Shown: positions 27,201 through 43,400, numbered from the stretch's first letter. The stretch: DNA of 64,000 bases from the human T2T-CHM13v2.0 reference genome, Homo sapiens (GCF_009914755.1 NC_060936.1), one strand, 5' to 3'. Notes: generated by a model not told the origin, from the sequence alone. Numbers and translations are program-made.

Positions 27201-29549
27201 AATAATGAAGAACTACTGATTTTTTCCAGGGAGTATCAAGCACTTCCTTGTAAATTCTTACAAGGCATGAATTATTTCCTAGAAATGATTTAGGCTCTTT
27301 TGGAAAAGTGCATTGATTCTTTTAACATCATAATTCCAGTTACGGTAAAACCTCCATTATCTGATTTTCTGTGAATTGCAAAGCTATTATTAACTGGTAC
27401 ATTTTATATTTTACCAGTACAGTGACAGCTGATATTTATAATGGTGACCCCAAAGTTCTGTAAAATGCCGAATTACCCACTCAGGAATCAAAGAAAGATT
27501 AAATTGTGTTAAATAGAGTTTTTCATGTTAAGTGTCTTATTTTATTCAGATCTTGTTTTAGAAAGTCCAAGTGTACATCCACCATAATTTTCGAGGGCAG
27601 TACCAACTTAAAATGTTTTATCTTTTCTTGGCTTTGTAAACAAAACCTTGTAAAAAAAAATTTTTTTTTTCAATACTTTGGGTTCAAACTACAGATCATT
27701 CGATCTCAAACCTGACAGGTAAACAAATTTTTTTTTCAGAGTAAGTATTGCAGACATGAAAGATCATAAATGTGTTCACCAAAGTGAGTGTGAGACAGAT
27801 CACCCCAAACACTCTCCACTATTTCTCTATGATCTTAGCCCAGCTGTGTGTGTTGTGAGTCATGCCTGGGTCTGACACCAGCATTCAGAGGCTGGCATAG
27901 CTTAGCATCCACATCATAAAGGGCTCAGATCGATGGCTCTCCTTGTCAAGCTCTGCAGCCCTCTCTCAGGCTTTGTGAGATGTGGTTTGCATCATTTTCC
28001 TTTAAGGAAATGTTATGCAGAAACATAAATGCAGTATACAACGAGGAGGCTTTCACCAAGAAATTAAAAGGGTACAGATGTCTAGGAATGCAGGGGTTAA
28101 GACAAAAATGTACTGCAGGGAAAGAAATGTGAGCAGAATGCCCCTCTTTTCGCCTGCTTCTGCCTTGCATCCAGCCCTTCCCGGGGAGTGTGATGTGAAC
28201 TGCCATCCAAGGTGGCTGTGGTACAGGGGCAGGGTCTGGGGGCTGCTTCTGCAGCTTCAGCGCAGAAAACCCAGAGCTCAGTCCCAGCAAAAGCCTAAAG
28301 GAGAAGGAAACAGAGGCCCTAACACAACAGAAAATGATGCACCCCACTTTCCTGTGGTTCATCAGTTCACATACTTCCCAGGAGAAGTCAAATCACGCCC
28401 CAGAATAGGATACCTACTTAGGACTTAGTGATGTTTTATAGTCATGTCGAAGAACCTTCACATCCATGGCCTCATTTGATCTCACAGCAAGATGGGCATG
28501 ATTAAAAAAAAGAAGTTACTCCCACTTTCCAGATGAGAAAACAAATTCAAAGACAGTGAGTGCCTTAGCTGAGTCCTATCCAAGCAAGGCAGGGGGCAAA
28601 GCCAGGACTAAAACACAAGGTTCTAATTCCTTCTCCATGATTTCCTGATGCCCATCATACCCTAATAGAATAGGATCACCCTGCAAGGCAACTGGTCCAC
28701 ATGGAGAGTCCTCTTGGAGGACACCGACCCGTGGTGCCACCTCTGATTTGCAAGTTGGTGCATTAGACAAGCCCTGGAATGACAGCCAGAAGATCTCTAT
28801 TCTGATCCTGGCCCTCCGTCTACTTGGGCCACTTTGATCAAGCCATTTAGCCCCGTTCCCTTCAGGTGGCTCAGCTGGAAGTAAGAATGATAATGCCCAT
28901 GCAGCTGACTCACCTGGTGACTGTGAAGGCCAAATGAGATGATGTGTTTGAGAGCACTTTGCAAACTGTGGAGTATTGCCAGCCATTTCTCCTAATTTGG
29001 CTCAGGGCAGAAAGACATCCAGGTGAAGAGCTTGATGTGTGTGATGACTTAGGCTTGGGGATATTTGTGAACAGGACACAACAAATAAATTCGTTTGACG
29101 GGCAGAGGGACAGTATGCTGGGTATAGTAGAAACTCTTGGAACCTGCAGTTATTGAAGGGTTTAAAACTCAAAAATGATACAGAAGGCAGTTCTATTACA
29201 GTTTCTGCTTTTTTGCTGTTCAACACCTCTGAAGATGGTGCGTTTAATCCTTCCTGGGATGGCAGGTTATAGATGACTTCATGCTGAAAGTGACCCGTAA
29301 GGAATATCCGTATATTTTGAAGTGTATGTGGTTCACCAGGCAGAAAACAGTCTGCCAAGTCTCTCATCCCAGGCAGAAGGGGTGGCACATGCGAAGGCCA
29401 GAGAATGCAGTGCCTCTGAGAACTGTCAGATGTCAGTGTGGCTGGAGCCAGGTCTGCTAGAGGGTGAGGTTGGAAGTTAACCAGGAGTTTAGGAGGCCCT
29501 GGGAAGCCTCTGAAAATATTTAAGCAAAAACAGTTAGCTTTATGTTTTT

Positions 29550-29846
<297 letters not shown>

Positions 29847-31536
29847 AGCTTTATGTTTTTAAAAGATCATTGCCTCGTTCTTGGTTCTCAGCTCTCTGAT
29901 CCTTTTAGTTTTTATTGGATAGAGGAGAGACCTTAATGTATACAGAGACTAAGGAACTTGGAATTGGAAATCTGCCTGGCTCCCTTTCCCTCAACGTGCC
30001 TGCAGTCAGCCATCTTTCTCCAGCTAAGCCAAAGGATGGTGGGGGCACCACACAACAGAGAGCTGAGTTAGAAAGGGTGGGAGGGAGGTGGCTGAAGGGT
30101 CCCCACTGCAGTTGACAATTTGAAATAAACTCCCACTTTCCTTCAATATTTTCCTATAGCAAATGGAAACTTTGACCAGATACCAGCTTCTTTCCATCCT
30201 TCCATTAGACTCACAGCCCAGTTAGGATGTTCACAGTCCCAAGCCAGGGATAGCACATGCCATTACCATAGTGGGCTGGATAGGGGGCAGGAAGCAATGC
30301 TTTCCAGCCCTTAGAAGCCTCTGGTGATGTGCTGTGAACATGGTGAGGGAACCCGAACTTTAGAGTCAAACAGGCTGGTCTGCAAACCCCGGTTCCAGCA
30401 CTCACTGGACTCAGGATCTTCCCAAGTTAGTTAACTCCTCTGACCATGTCTGCATTTTCTCATCTGGAAAATGGGAACAGTAATATCCACCCTCCAGAGC
30501 TGTTATGAAGATGAAATTGAAAGTGTCTCCAACGCACCAGGTATATAGTATAATCTCAATTTATGCTTTTGCCCTTAGATGCCAGAAGTTAATATTCTTT
30601 CAATACTTATTCTCGTAGAAGCAAAAGAGATCCTGTTTGTGTGATGTTCCTACAGCCTCTGCTGTACTGTATTATGAAAGCTCAAGAAATAGGAGTTAAT
30701 GATGAGGCACAGCAGGAAGAAAAATGTCTCTAAGATGCCAAACAGGGAAAATTTAGGAAGAAATAAGAACCAAAAAATAAATCAGTTGATCAGGGTAAAA
30801 AATGTCTTATGCTCTGAACTTATAACTCTATGGAGTAATTTCCACTAATGATCTCAGTGTCTACTTAACTAATCATGTACTTTTCTAGCCAGAAAGACAG
30901 TACTTGTAGGGTACGTTCCATTTTAATGCACAAATCATTGTTGCTTTTCAAAAAGTCATCTTTTTTTCCCTGGCCACACACAGCACCCCGAGGCCTGGCC
31001 AGCCCCCATGCCAGCTCAAGAGCATGAACTCTTACCGGAATGGGTTCTGTGGGGAGTACAAAGTCAAACATAAGTAGGCTTGCATTCAGAGCTCACTGCC
31101 TAGCGGGAAAAAAGACATATGCACTCATAACTCTAATTTAACACGGCGTCCTAGAAATTCCATATCCATCTTCAAAGTTCTCTGGAAGCAAAAAGACAGG
31201 AGGAAAGACATTTTTAGAAGGAGGCTTCCTGGAAGGAGTGACTTCAGTTTCAGGCCTTAAAGGAGATGTGAGTTTCCACATGCAAGGAGGGAGGAAAAGC
31301 ATGTTGCAGACAGACGAAGCAAGTGTGTGAGCAAAGGCCTGCGGGGTGACAGGGAGGGGTGTTGGGAGGTGTGTATCTGGATGAAGGCAGGTATGGAAAG
31401 TGCTGGGAAAAAAGGTCTGGGAAAGGGCCTTGGGGGCCAGGTGATAAGGAAGTTGAATGCCTCTTTGAAGAGTGGGGTTTTATTTTATGTGCCTTTGGTG
31501 GGGAGTTGTGAAGGTTTTTATTCAAAAGAGCAGTGG

Positions 31537-31850
31537 GGCTGGGCACAGTGACTCACACCTGTAATCCCAGCACTTTGGGAGGCCAAGGTGAGCAGATCAC
31601 GTGAGGCCAGGAGTTTGAGACCAGCCTGGCCAACATGGCGAAACCCCATCTCTACTAAAAAATACATAAGTAACAAAAATTAGCTGAGCGTGGTGATGCA
31701 TGCGTGTAATCCCAGCTATGCAGGAAGTTGAGGCACAACAATCGCTTGAACCTGGGAGGCGGAGGTTGCAATGGCCTGGGATTGTGCCACTGCACCCCAG
31801 CCTGGGCGACAGAGCGAGAGAGACTCTGTCTCAAAAAAAAAAAAAAAAAA
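31537..31850 (+). mobile_element. AluS
   Basis: Full-length Alu with A tail. Confidence 0.95.
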
Positions 31851-32399
31851 GCAATGGGAATGGTTCTTAAGGAAGATTTCTCTGGGCACACTGTATGTTC
31901 TCACTGAATATTTGGTGTGGTTTGGGTTTTATACCAGTTACGATATGGGGCTTGGTATCTCTGAGCCTAAAATCTGTGCTTTCCAAGGACAGTAGAAATG
32001 CTAGTGTTCACTTTGCTCAGTACTCTTCCCTCCACTTGGCACTCATGCTGCTTCTCAAGCCTTGGGGTGTCCCTGGTTCTGGAGTCCCTCCTACCCCTGC
32101 AGCCCTTTTCTAAGCTATAGTCTCACCCCTCCTCTGCAGGCTCCCAGGCAGCCTCACCTCCTCCTGCAGAGGGATCAGCTGTCACCCTGCTCCTCCCTCC
32201 TGGCCCTCAGCCTACCCTACCCACATGCATTCACCATCTTACCAGTGGAACAGGCGTCCCTCTCCTGTATACAGAGGTCCCTTCCCCTGAGCTCTTCTGC
32301 CTCAGCCTCCCCAGTGGGCTTCTCCCCTCCTTCACAGTCAGCCTCTTTCTCATTTGCACCTAGTTCCATTCCATCTTCAAAGAAGCCCACTTGGATTGC

Positions 32400-33290
32400 A
32401 CATCTCTCTTCACTACCACAAATCTGGTTCCTCACAGCCAAGTTCTGGAAAGAGTTCTCCACATGGTGTCCTCCTCCTCACCTCCCATTAGCGCCTCAAC
32501 CCTCCGTGATCTGGTTTCTACGCCTGCTGCCCCTCTGCCCTGGCTGCAGTCCCCAGATGCCGAATCCATCTGCCATCTGCTGCCCGAAACTCTCCTGGCT
32601 TGCAAGATACCACTGTCCTCTGACTTGTCCCCGGTCTTGTCCCCTGCTGTTCCCTCCTTTAAGAATACACCTTTTCTAAATTGCCTGCTGCCTAAATGTT
32701 TTCCTCTGGAAAACTCACCTACTCCAGCGGCTTCAACGATCATCAGTGCGATGGGGACTTCCAAATATTTTTTATCTCTAGCCTGGGCCTTTCTCTTAAA
32801 TAACAGATGCATGTGTACAACTGCCTACTGGGCCTCTTTACCTAGATGTTGTACAGTTACCTCACATTCAACAAAGCTGAATATATCCCCCGCCAATCCA
32901 TCCTCTGTGGGATGAGATGGGCGGGCCCCTCTATTCATCTAGTTTCAGGAATCAGGAGCTTGGATTTTGTCATTGACTGCTTCCTCCACATTGAATTAAT
33001 CTCTTAAGTTCCATCAATTCTACCCCATGGTATCTTCAGCCCATCCTTTCTCCATCCCTTCTGCTTTAGTTCAGGCTAACAATATCTGTCATCTCCATTT
33101 CTGCAACAGCCTCTGACTGGCCGCCTTGTACCAGTCTTGCCCTGTTCTAATTCATTCTCTACTCTGCAGCTGGAGTGATCCTTTGAAAACAATATCCGAT
33201 TATGTTACGCCCTTGTTTAAAATTCTTCAGTGACTCCTTGTAGCCTTAGGATAAAGCCTGAACTCCTTAGTACAGCAGACAAGGCCTTCC
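32400..33290 (+). mobile_element. L2 fragment
   Basis: ACTCCAAAT-like...AACTGCCTACTGG...CAACAGCCTCTGACTGG...TAGCCTTAGGATAAAGCC. Confidence 0.7.
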
Positions 33291-33299
33291 AAGGCCTTC

Positions 33300-33560
33300 C
33301 TAATAATAGCTAACACTTATGAAGTTCGCAATCCATACCCCACACTGTTCTAAGGTCCTTACACATATGTCAACATACTTAATGCTCATAATTCCTGACG
33401 TAGGTCCTGTTACTATCCGAGTTTTACAGTGGAGGAAATCGAGGCACAGAAAGGTAAGGCACCTTGCACAAGGTCACACAGCTAGGAAGTGGGAGAACCA
33501 AGATTCAAACCCAGGAAACCTGACTCCAGGCCCACACTCCTTAGCACCATGCTGCACTGT
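33300..33560 (-). mobile_element. MIR
   Basis: GAGGAAATCGAGGCACAGAAAGGTAAGG...AAGGTCACACAGCTAGGAAGTGG...GATTCAAACCCAGG. Confidence 0.8.
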
Positions 33561-33581
33561 CTCCATCATGTGCCGTAGCTT

Positions 33582-34855
<1,274 letters not shown>

Positions 34856-35160
34856 GACCGGGCACAGTGGCTCATGCCTGTAATCCCAGCACTTTGGGAG
34901 TCTGAGGCAGGAGGATTGCTTGAGGCTAGAGTTTGAGACCAGCCTGGGCAACATAGCAAGACCCCATCTCTTAAAAAAAAAATGTGTTTTAGATTAGCCG
35001 GGTATGGTGGCTCACTTGTAGTCCTAACCACTTGGAAGGCTGAGGCAAGGGGATCACTTGAAGCCAGGAGTTCGAGGCTGCAGTGAACCATGATCCCACC
35101 ACCATACAACAACTCTGTTGTCTGGGCAACAGAGGGAGATTCTGTCTCTTAAAAACAAAC
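34856..35160 (+). mobile_element. AluJ
   Basis: GGAGGATTGCTTGAGGC...GAGTTCGAGGCTGCAGTGA; degenerate TSD ATGGAGATG. Confidence 0.9.
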
Positions 35161-36669
35161 ATGGAGATGCATTGTCACCTCCCACCCTCACCCCCATTTG
35201 AACACACACTCACATATATCTCACGTCCTAATCCTACTGAACTACTCAACATTTCCCCAAACCGGTTGTGCTCTTTTCATGTGTGCAGGCCTTGCATCCG
35301 CTGTTCCTCTGACTGGAAAGCTGTTGGCCCATCCAGTTGAGAAAGTCTTCCCTGGCCGTGCACGAATGCACTAACTTGTAAATGTCTCTTTACATTCCTT
35401 TCTTCCCTTCCAGACCGCAAAATCCAGTCTCATTCACCTTGACATGCCCTGCGCCTGATCCGGGACGCGAGGCATAGTGGGCATCTCCTAGGTTAGACGG
35501 ATGGGTGAGTGGGTGAGTGAACGGAGAGGTGGACAAAATGAGTGCTCAGCAGTTAGACCCAACTGTGTTTTGATGGTAGTGATGGGAATTCCCCTGGCAC
35601 ATGGCCAGGTGAGATGATCATTCAGCCTGAAATGAAAGAAACAGCAGATGTCAGGAAGTTTTTGTTAATCCTGCCTTGTGCGTTAGAACTCTCCCGCATA
35701 CGTCCCCTTTCCCGCACACTCTCTCTACCTTTCTCCCCCATTTCTAGCTCCTGGTCTTATTCATCTGTAGCATCAGTAAACATATACCCTTTACTGTTCA
35801 CATCCAGGTCTGTAGGGGAAATTTTGGTTATAAAACCGGAAGAGTGTTTAACCTAATGTCCTGCTGCGGGCTTGCTTTCCACGGGCCTCCGGGTCTGTTA
35901 AAATGATCAGGCCTCATTATTTAGGAAGCTGCCTCAGCCAGGCATTACTAATTTGGGCATTACTAATTCAGATGCCTATTCAGGCAAATGAGCAATGAAT
36001 GTAAAGTGCTTTTGTCAGTGAATTGCAAGTGAAGAGAAGCGGGAGTGGGGGAAGTAAAGGGAAAGTGATAGAATGTTTGAGCTTTGCTTCATTTCCAGAA
36101 AGGACAGCCATTGCTTCCTGGAAGCTGGGCTTGGCAACAGGCATGGAGGAATGGGAAAGATTTATTTCCCTTTGCCAAAGCTCAATAATTCAGCTTGAGT
36201 ATTTCAAATCAATACATTTCTTGCAAAGTTTCCAAGGGCTGCATTAAAACAGCCATTTTTAAAAATTATCAGTACATGACAGCATCCTCCGACGAGACTG
36301 GCATGTCAGGGATGAGTCGAGTCTTCCAAATAGACAAGACTCCAGTGAGAAAGGAGGCTGCCACAAGCAGGAAAAGCGAAGTTAGAGCTGACAGCAAGAC
36401 CAACCGCACCTGTAGGGCCTCTGGCGTTCACACACCTCATTGGTTTTGTGGGGGCTCTTTCTGAGATGAGCAGCTGGATCGCTCCTCCTAAGGGCTTGCA
36501 TGGGGGAATCTGTGACTATAACTCCGTATTTCTTTGAAGATGCAATTCATCACTGAACTTGGGAAAGACTAACTTGGGGAGGTCTCCACCACGATCTAGG
36601 ATTGCTAAGATGTCTGACAGGCTGAGTCACTCATACTTTTGTGAACTATTAAAAATTTCATAGTTCTGA

Positions 36670-37065
<396 letters not shown>

Positions 37066-37797
37066 AGTAATTCCTTCTATTTCGATGTTTCATCTTCACT
37101 AGAATCGTTCCTTAGTTCTTTCGGTGGGAGAAGCCATTCAGCCCCCCTTGACTGCCAGTGCCCTTTGAGGCTCTCAGCCATTTGATTCTTCCTGTGTATC
37201 CCCTGTGGTTGTTGTCTCTGTTTCTAGAGTGCAGTGGTTCCTGCACTTTGGGCTGTAACCCCCTTTGGTGGGGCCAGAGACCCCTTAGATTAATTATCAC
37301 ATTTCTTTCACTTACTGCCACAAAACCCAGCAGCGATTCACTAGGAGAACCCGAAGATTGGTGCTCTTCTTTATGAGACACCAAAGGGGCTCTGTGTTTC
37401 CCAGCATGAAGTCTTCAGTGACAGAGTCTGGGAGGACAGCACAGGCAGCAGCAGTGTAACTCTCAGAATCCCCACGGAAGAGCAGAGCAGCTCAATAGCA
37501 AAACCAAAACCCAGCGACGAGACATCCCCAAGTCCCACCTTAATGGGACTTTTGGTAGCCTTTGGAACAGGGAAAACCCAAAAATAGCCAAGAGGTATTC
37601 ACCAGAAAGCCTGAAAGTGGGAGTGGTTTTGCTCGTTCCTATAGTAGTGAGGGCAAGTGGCGTCGAGGAGGTCTGAAAGGTGTAGAGTTCTCTGGGCCCT
37701 GTGAACTCTGCCACTAACCAGCCACGCTGATGGCCAGCTTTCAGGATAGCTGTGGAGAAGCTGCTGGGAGTAGAGGCACATTGAAAAGGTTAGGGAT

Positions 37798-38094
37798 GGC
37801 CAGGCATGGTGGCTCACGCCTATAATCCCAGTACTTTGGGAGGCCGAGGCAGGTGGATCACCTGAGGTCAGGAGTTCGAGACCAGCCTGGCCAACATGGT
37901 GAAACCCCGTCTCTACTAAAAAGACAAAAATTAGCCGGGCGTGGTGATGCATGCCTGTAATCCCAGCTATTCAGGAGACTGAGGCAGGATTGAACCCTGG
38001 AGGCGGAAGTTGCTGTGAGCCTAGATCGCGCTAATGCACTCCAGCCTGAGCGACAGAGCAAGACTCCATCTCAAAAAGAAAAAGAAAAAGAAAA
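37798..38094 (+). mobile_element. AluS
   Basis: GGATCACCTGAGGTCAGGAGTTCGAGACC; (A5G)n tail. Confidence 0.95.
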
Positions 38095-38229
38095 GGATGG
38101 GGCAGCAGAGACTTAGATGCAAGGTCTCCCAAAGGAAACAGAACCAGGAGATTTCAGAAAGCCAGCTGCCATTTATTTGAATGCTACATGAAAACAATAG
38201 AAGAGAGGGTTTGCTAAGGCTGGAACCAT

Positions 38230-38756
38230 GCCATTTCATAAAAATTTCGGAACATTGTCTTCAGATGAAAATGAGCAACAGAAAAGTAGTGAGGTCAAAT
38301 CCCACACAAAGTTTTTATAAGATAAAGGAACAGAAGGAGCAGAATAGCATCCCTCAAGAAAGCGTGCCAAAACAACATGCCTTTAGAACAATTCAAAACC
38401 CTACTTACCTCCAAATGAGCTAAAAGGTAAGAAGAAAAAGATACGAAGCGTGGGGCAAACACAACATCAATCAGAATTAGAAAAACTTCCAAATGAAATG
38501 ACAGACTCTGGAAAGAATTAAAAGTAAAAGAAAAATCATTTCAGAAATGAAGAGTTAACTAGTGAGAATACAAGATGAATCTTTACAAAAGGTGATTTTT
38601 TAAAAGAGAAACACAAGGGGGAAGCAGGAAATTTTTTAAAGAAGAAACAAGAAAGGTTTTAAAAACAACTCAAGAAAAAGTGACAAATATTGAAGAACGG
38701 CAAAGAAATTTCACCACGTGGATAATAGGAGTCTCTGGGGAAAAAACCACAAAGCA
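38230..38756 (+). mobile_element. Old L1/HAL1 ORF1-region fragment
   Basis: A-rich; TCAGAAATGAAG...ACAAATATTGAAGAACGGCAAAG...ATAATAGGAGTCTCTG. Confidence 0.55.
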
Positions 38757-39002
38757 AGCTTTCGCCTGCATCGCTCCTGTCTCTGCCCCTGTCTTCACAT
38801 GGCCATCTCCTCTCCTCTGCGTCTCTCCTCTGTTTCCATATAAGGACACCTGTCATTGAATTTGGGGCCCACCTGCATAATCTTGAGATCCTTAACTTAA
38901 TGACGTCTGCAAAGAGCCATTCTCAAATTAGGTCTTATTCACAGGTTCTGGGGATTAGGACACGGACATTTCTATTTGGCAGCCAACATTCAGCCATCTC
39001 CA
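38757..39002 (-). mobile_element. MLT1 (MaLR) LTR fragment
   Basis: GTCTTCACATGGCC...TAAGGACACCTGTCATTG...GGGCCCACC...CCTTAACTTAAT...CTGCAAAG...ATTCACAGGTTCTGGGATTAGGAC. Confidence 0.8.
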
Positions 39003-39133
39003 GTCACTGAGCTAGTAAGTGACAAAAACAGGATTTGAATTTCGTTGTTTCATTTTATTATAACGTGGTTAAGAGAGATTTTAAATATTTCCATTAAGTT
39101 AGCAATTCTTGCCAACAACAGTAGAAAGCATGC

Positions 39134-39436
39134 CTTTTTTTTTTTTTTTTTTTTTAAAGTCAGAGCCTCATTCTGTCACCCAGGCTGGAGTGCAGTGGTA
39201 TAATCATAGCTCACTGCAGCCACTCCTAGGCTGAAGCAATTCTCCCACCTCAACCTTCTGAGTAGCTGGGACTTCAGGCATGCACTACCACACCTGGCTA
39301 ATTTATTTTGTTTTTCAAGGAGATGGGGCTCTTGCTATGTTGCCCAGGCTGGTCTCGAACTCCTGGCCTCAAGCAGTCCTCTCACATTGGCTTCCCAAAG
39401 TGCTGAGATTACAAGTGTGAGCCACAGGACCTGGCC
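39134..39436 (-). mobile_element. AluJ (antisense)
   Basis: Reverse Alu; TSD-like AGCATGC(C)TTTT. Confidence 0.92.
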
Positions 39437-40369
39437 AACAGCATGCTTTTACAAATAGTAGGGTAGCAGGAGGCCAGCCTGCAGACCGCCCAGAGACCTC
39501 ACCCCATCTTACGCTCTGCCCAACCTCAGGGGAGCATTTTTGCACTTGGTGGATTAGCATTACTTGCTCCATCCATGATGAGCCACTCATGCTCTTCACA
39601 GATTTTCCAGACTCCCATGTCAAAGTTAAAAAACAGACATCGGCCTCTTTCCAGAACTCAGAATATTCACATCTATATTGTTAACACTCATACCTTTTCC
39701 AGCACAGAATGAAAAGCACCTTTGAAGAATCGTAAGCCATGAATGATGACGGGCCGAAGGGAGTGAGGGCTCCTACCTCTTGTCACTCCTACCATCCTGC
39801 CTCCAGGACCCCTGCCACCTACTTGGGAGTCTGCCCTTAAAACTCAAGGGTCACCTGACTCATTCCTCCCCACTCATTCATCTGACTACCCACCAAAGCT
39901 AAGTGTGAACAGCCTGTATTGATTTATCATTTTCCTTTTGCCTGCTTCCTCTGGTACAGAGATCTTCATGCTTTCATCCAAACGAATGAATAATGTAAAA
40001 TCCCAGGTGGGGTGACAGAGCCAAGGAGAAAAGTGTTCTGCAGCAAGGGAGGGCCTCCCAGTATGAGCCTTGGAGTCTCAGATAAGCCCAGGGACAAAGC
40101 ATGAGACATCCAGTTACATATCTGTGGCCCTGGAAGGGGAGACGGGGTTCGCTTTGTGGTGGTGTTTAGCTTTCCTGACTCCAAGTGACCATCTTAAGCC
40201 AGGGGATTAGTAACCTTTACAACTCTAATACTAGGGAATATATTAATAACTGGTGAGAAAAAAGATTACAGCTTTTTTATTGATAGGTCTATAAAAGCCA
40301 TTTCCGTATGAATGTCCTCAGAAAGGAGGAATAAGGGGATGAGATAGAATAGAATAGAGAGAAGTCTGT

Positions 40370-40371
<2 letters not shown>

Positions 40372-40415
<44 letters not shown>
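40372..40415. repeat. (CA)22 microsatellite
   Basis: Direct read. Confidence 0.97.
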
Positions 40416-40417
<2 letters not shown>

Positions 40418-43400
40418 TGCAACACAATTATCTTTAAATAGAAGTTGCTTCTCCAAGTTTGTTTTTTTTTGTTTGTTTGTTTCATGAGGCGTCAGCAACG
40501 CTGTTAAAATGATTTCATCCTGCCTGTGTGTCACAGCAGTCTGCCCCGCGAAATGCTGAATCAGCAGCAGCCCAGACAGCCTTTCGGTGGAGGGTAGATT
40601 CGACACCCAAAGGCAACCAACCGGGCCTTTGAAAGCACTTGGAAGCACTCTCCAAAGAGCCAGGGAAGAGGACAAGGAAGAAGGGGGTGCAGTGGAATTC
40701 TCCTTAAAAAACAGCATGTTCTAGAAAAGCCATGCTTTGGAGGTGCTGTAGGTCAGATTTGCCTTTGGGTCCCTATGTGTATTTTCTGAGGTCTGTTCAT
40801 GTAAAAGTTCAACACCTCTTTCGCACTCCCTTCTCCCAGCCCCCGCGCCCTGCCCCCACACCTCCTGTCCACCTCCACCTCCTCCTCCTGGAATTCAGTG
40901 ATTATCAGGACTGTCTCCATCCTGAGAAGAGGCTTTTTAAAATTTCGCAGGAGAATAGAGACACCCGAGAGGGCTGGGAACAGGCACAGCTGAGCCACAC
41001 AAAGCCAAGCCTCCTCCATGCAAGTGACGGACAGATCAGGTCCCAGTTCAGAATGAGAATGAGTTTTACTCTGGTTACACTTTGCACAGGAATGTTCTGC
41101 AGACTGTGCCGGGCACCAGAGATGGTCCGTGTGCGGTTTAAAAGAGCAGGAGGGGAAAGAATTTTCATCCCTCTTTATTCAGGCACCCTCAGGAGAGTAT
41201 CCATGTTCTGTGAATCATGCAAATCCTGCAGGATCTTTATGTTCTCTGTACCCCATCCATTTCTGCTGAGGATTACAAACATTCTTGCACCAACTTTCCT
41301 CCAGCAGTTTCGATTTCTCAATAAATCTGTTTGAGGAACATTTCAACTCTTAATATCTATTTTCCTACTTTTTTTTTCTTCTTAAACTCAGGCTTCTTTG
41401 TAAGCATACATATCAGTAAGTTTGATAATAAAAATGACCTTTCTGCCCTGCAGTATAGGAAATGCTGCCTTAATGCCTCTTTGCTTTAGAAACTCATCCT
41501 TGTATAGTATCTCTCCTTGCATAGCCAAGTTGCCTCATTGTACGTAAATTAAGGTTATTTGCAGTGATTGACCCTAACTACTATGAAGAAAAACTTTCAA
41601 TATGTTAGCAATGATGTCTATAATAACTGAAGAAGGGACATTCCCTATTTAAGGTCAGGACTGTGCGTTTCAAATAAAGAAATGACAGCTCAAACATTTC
41701 ATTGTACCCCCACTTCTAAGTGAGAAGAGGGCACCCTTCGTGTCTCTCTTTTCTGTTTTTCTCCCTGAAATATCAGGAGAGACATATATCTCTCTTAAAC
41801 CTGATTTGGTTTTCGCATTACCTCACAGGTACATATTGTCAGAACTATTTGCATACACGAGACTAAAAAAAATACTAAACGGATTCTCCAGGGATCCATG
41901 GATAAACTTGAGGTAGTCTATAAGCTTTGAAATCACAAGCAAATATTTGTGTCCATGTGCCTGTGCATTTTGAAGGGGGGTTTGTTTATGAACTCTGGCT
42001 GAATTCTCAAAGAATCCTGTACCTTCTTCCTAACGCTGAGAAGTACTTGCTCTAATCTCTTCCCCACTCCCTTTTTGCTGTCCCCTCCCCATTATCTTTT
42101 TTCTTTTTGATATGGACTTTAATTAAAATGTTGATGCTTACGTCACCATACATTTTCTGCATTAATTTTGATTTTTAAAATATTGCGTTACATGACTTAA
42201 TCTTGATTACTGAAACTTTTTAAAGGTACCCCTTAAATTTTGCTCCTGGGGCAAATGTCTTACTTGCCTCAGCCTAGCCTGGGGCCTGAGCGGGCACCTC
42301 CTTCAGCCTTCTTTCCTCCAACCTCTCCCTGATCCAGGCTGTTTTCCGCAACCCCACCTGAGCCATTTTCCCAGCCTGCAAGATGACAATTCAGTCCCCT
42401 CCTCAAAGCACTGTACTGGGCCTCATAGCTCCTGCCAGAGCCGTCATGCACCTTCCAAGAATGCTTGCTCCAGCTTCTGCAGCTCCAGGGAGCTGCTGAA
42501 AGTATTTTGGTCTTCTGGAGACACGGGACAAAGTACAACTCATCTACTATCCAGTCCTTGTCCTACCCAACCCCCCAAAATGCATTGAGCACTTGCTCTG
42601 TACCAGGCACTGTGCAACATCTCTATAGGGATCACCTCATTTCATGCTCACATTTGCCCTAAGAGGTAAGTACTATTCTGGACTCCATCTTACCGCTGGA
42701 GAAACAGATTCAGACGCGTAACTAACCCAGCGCTAGTAAGTGGTGCAGCCGGTGTTTTAACCCAGGACAATTTGACTGCGAAACCCAAGGTCTGATCTAA
42801 AATGCTACATGGCTCTCACCACATTGGGCTTGCTACCCAGAAGCAAAAATGAGAAGAACTCTTCTAAGTCACGTTTGTGAGGCTGAGCGGCAAGCTCTGG
42901 GTCAGTTTTGCTGTCAACAGGTTTTCTGCTAAAAACCCGTTTGTAGCTAAAACTAGATAAAAGTCAGAAAAATCCACAAAATGAAGTTTATAAGAAAAAA
43001 CATCATTCGAGGGAATTGACTGTGACTTTGGATCTGAACATGAACATAGAGTGTTCTTGTTCTTGGACTTTGGGCTGAAAGACATGAGTATAACCTTCCG
43101 ACCTCCACTTGGAAACTTAGTGCTGAGATACAGGCTAACCTTGAGGACAGAAATAGGAAATGTTTTGGAACTTCCAATTCCCTAGTGACAGGATTTGTTT
43201 GCAGAAAGCAGCTTTGGTCAGATAGCACATTCAAGATTACAGGCAGACCCAGAGGAGTGAGATGTGGAGCTTGTCAGAATGCATCCAAGGCTGGCCTGGG
43301 GGTTTTGAGCAGATTTGCAGAGAGCAGGCCGGTGGGGAAGGGAAAGGAGGCAGAAAAGTCTCCGGAAAAGTGCCTCTGGGAAGCAGCTTGAAGGGCTCTG

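Noticed and set aside
32062-32915. Overlapping 205-aa and 174-aa ORFs
   Set aside because: C/T-rich, stop-poor, partly L2-derived DNA giving Ser/Pro/Leu-biased translations.
40732-41334. 200-aa ATG-initiated ORF with AATAAA near its end
   Set aside because: No recognisable domain or supporting gene structure; the AATAAA lies before the stop codon. Ribo-seq or PhyloCSF would be needed.
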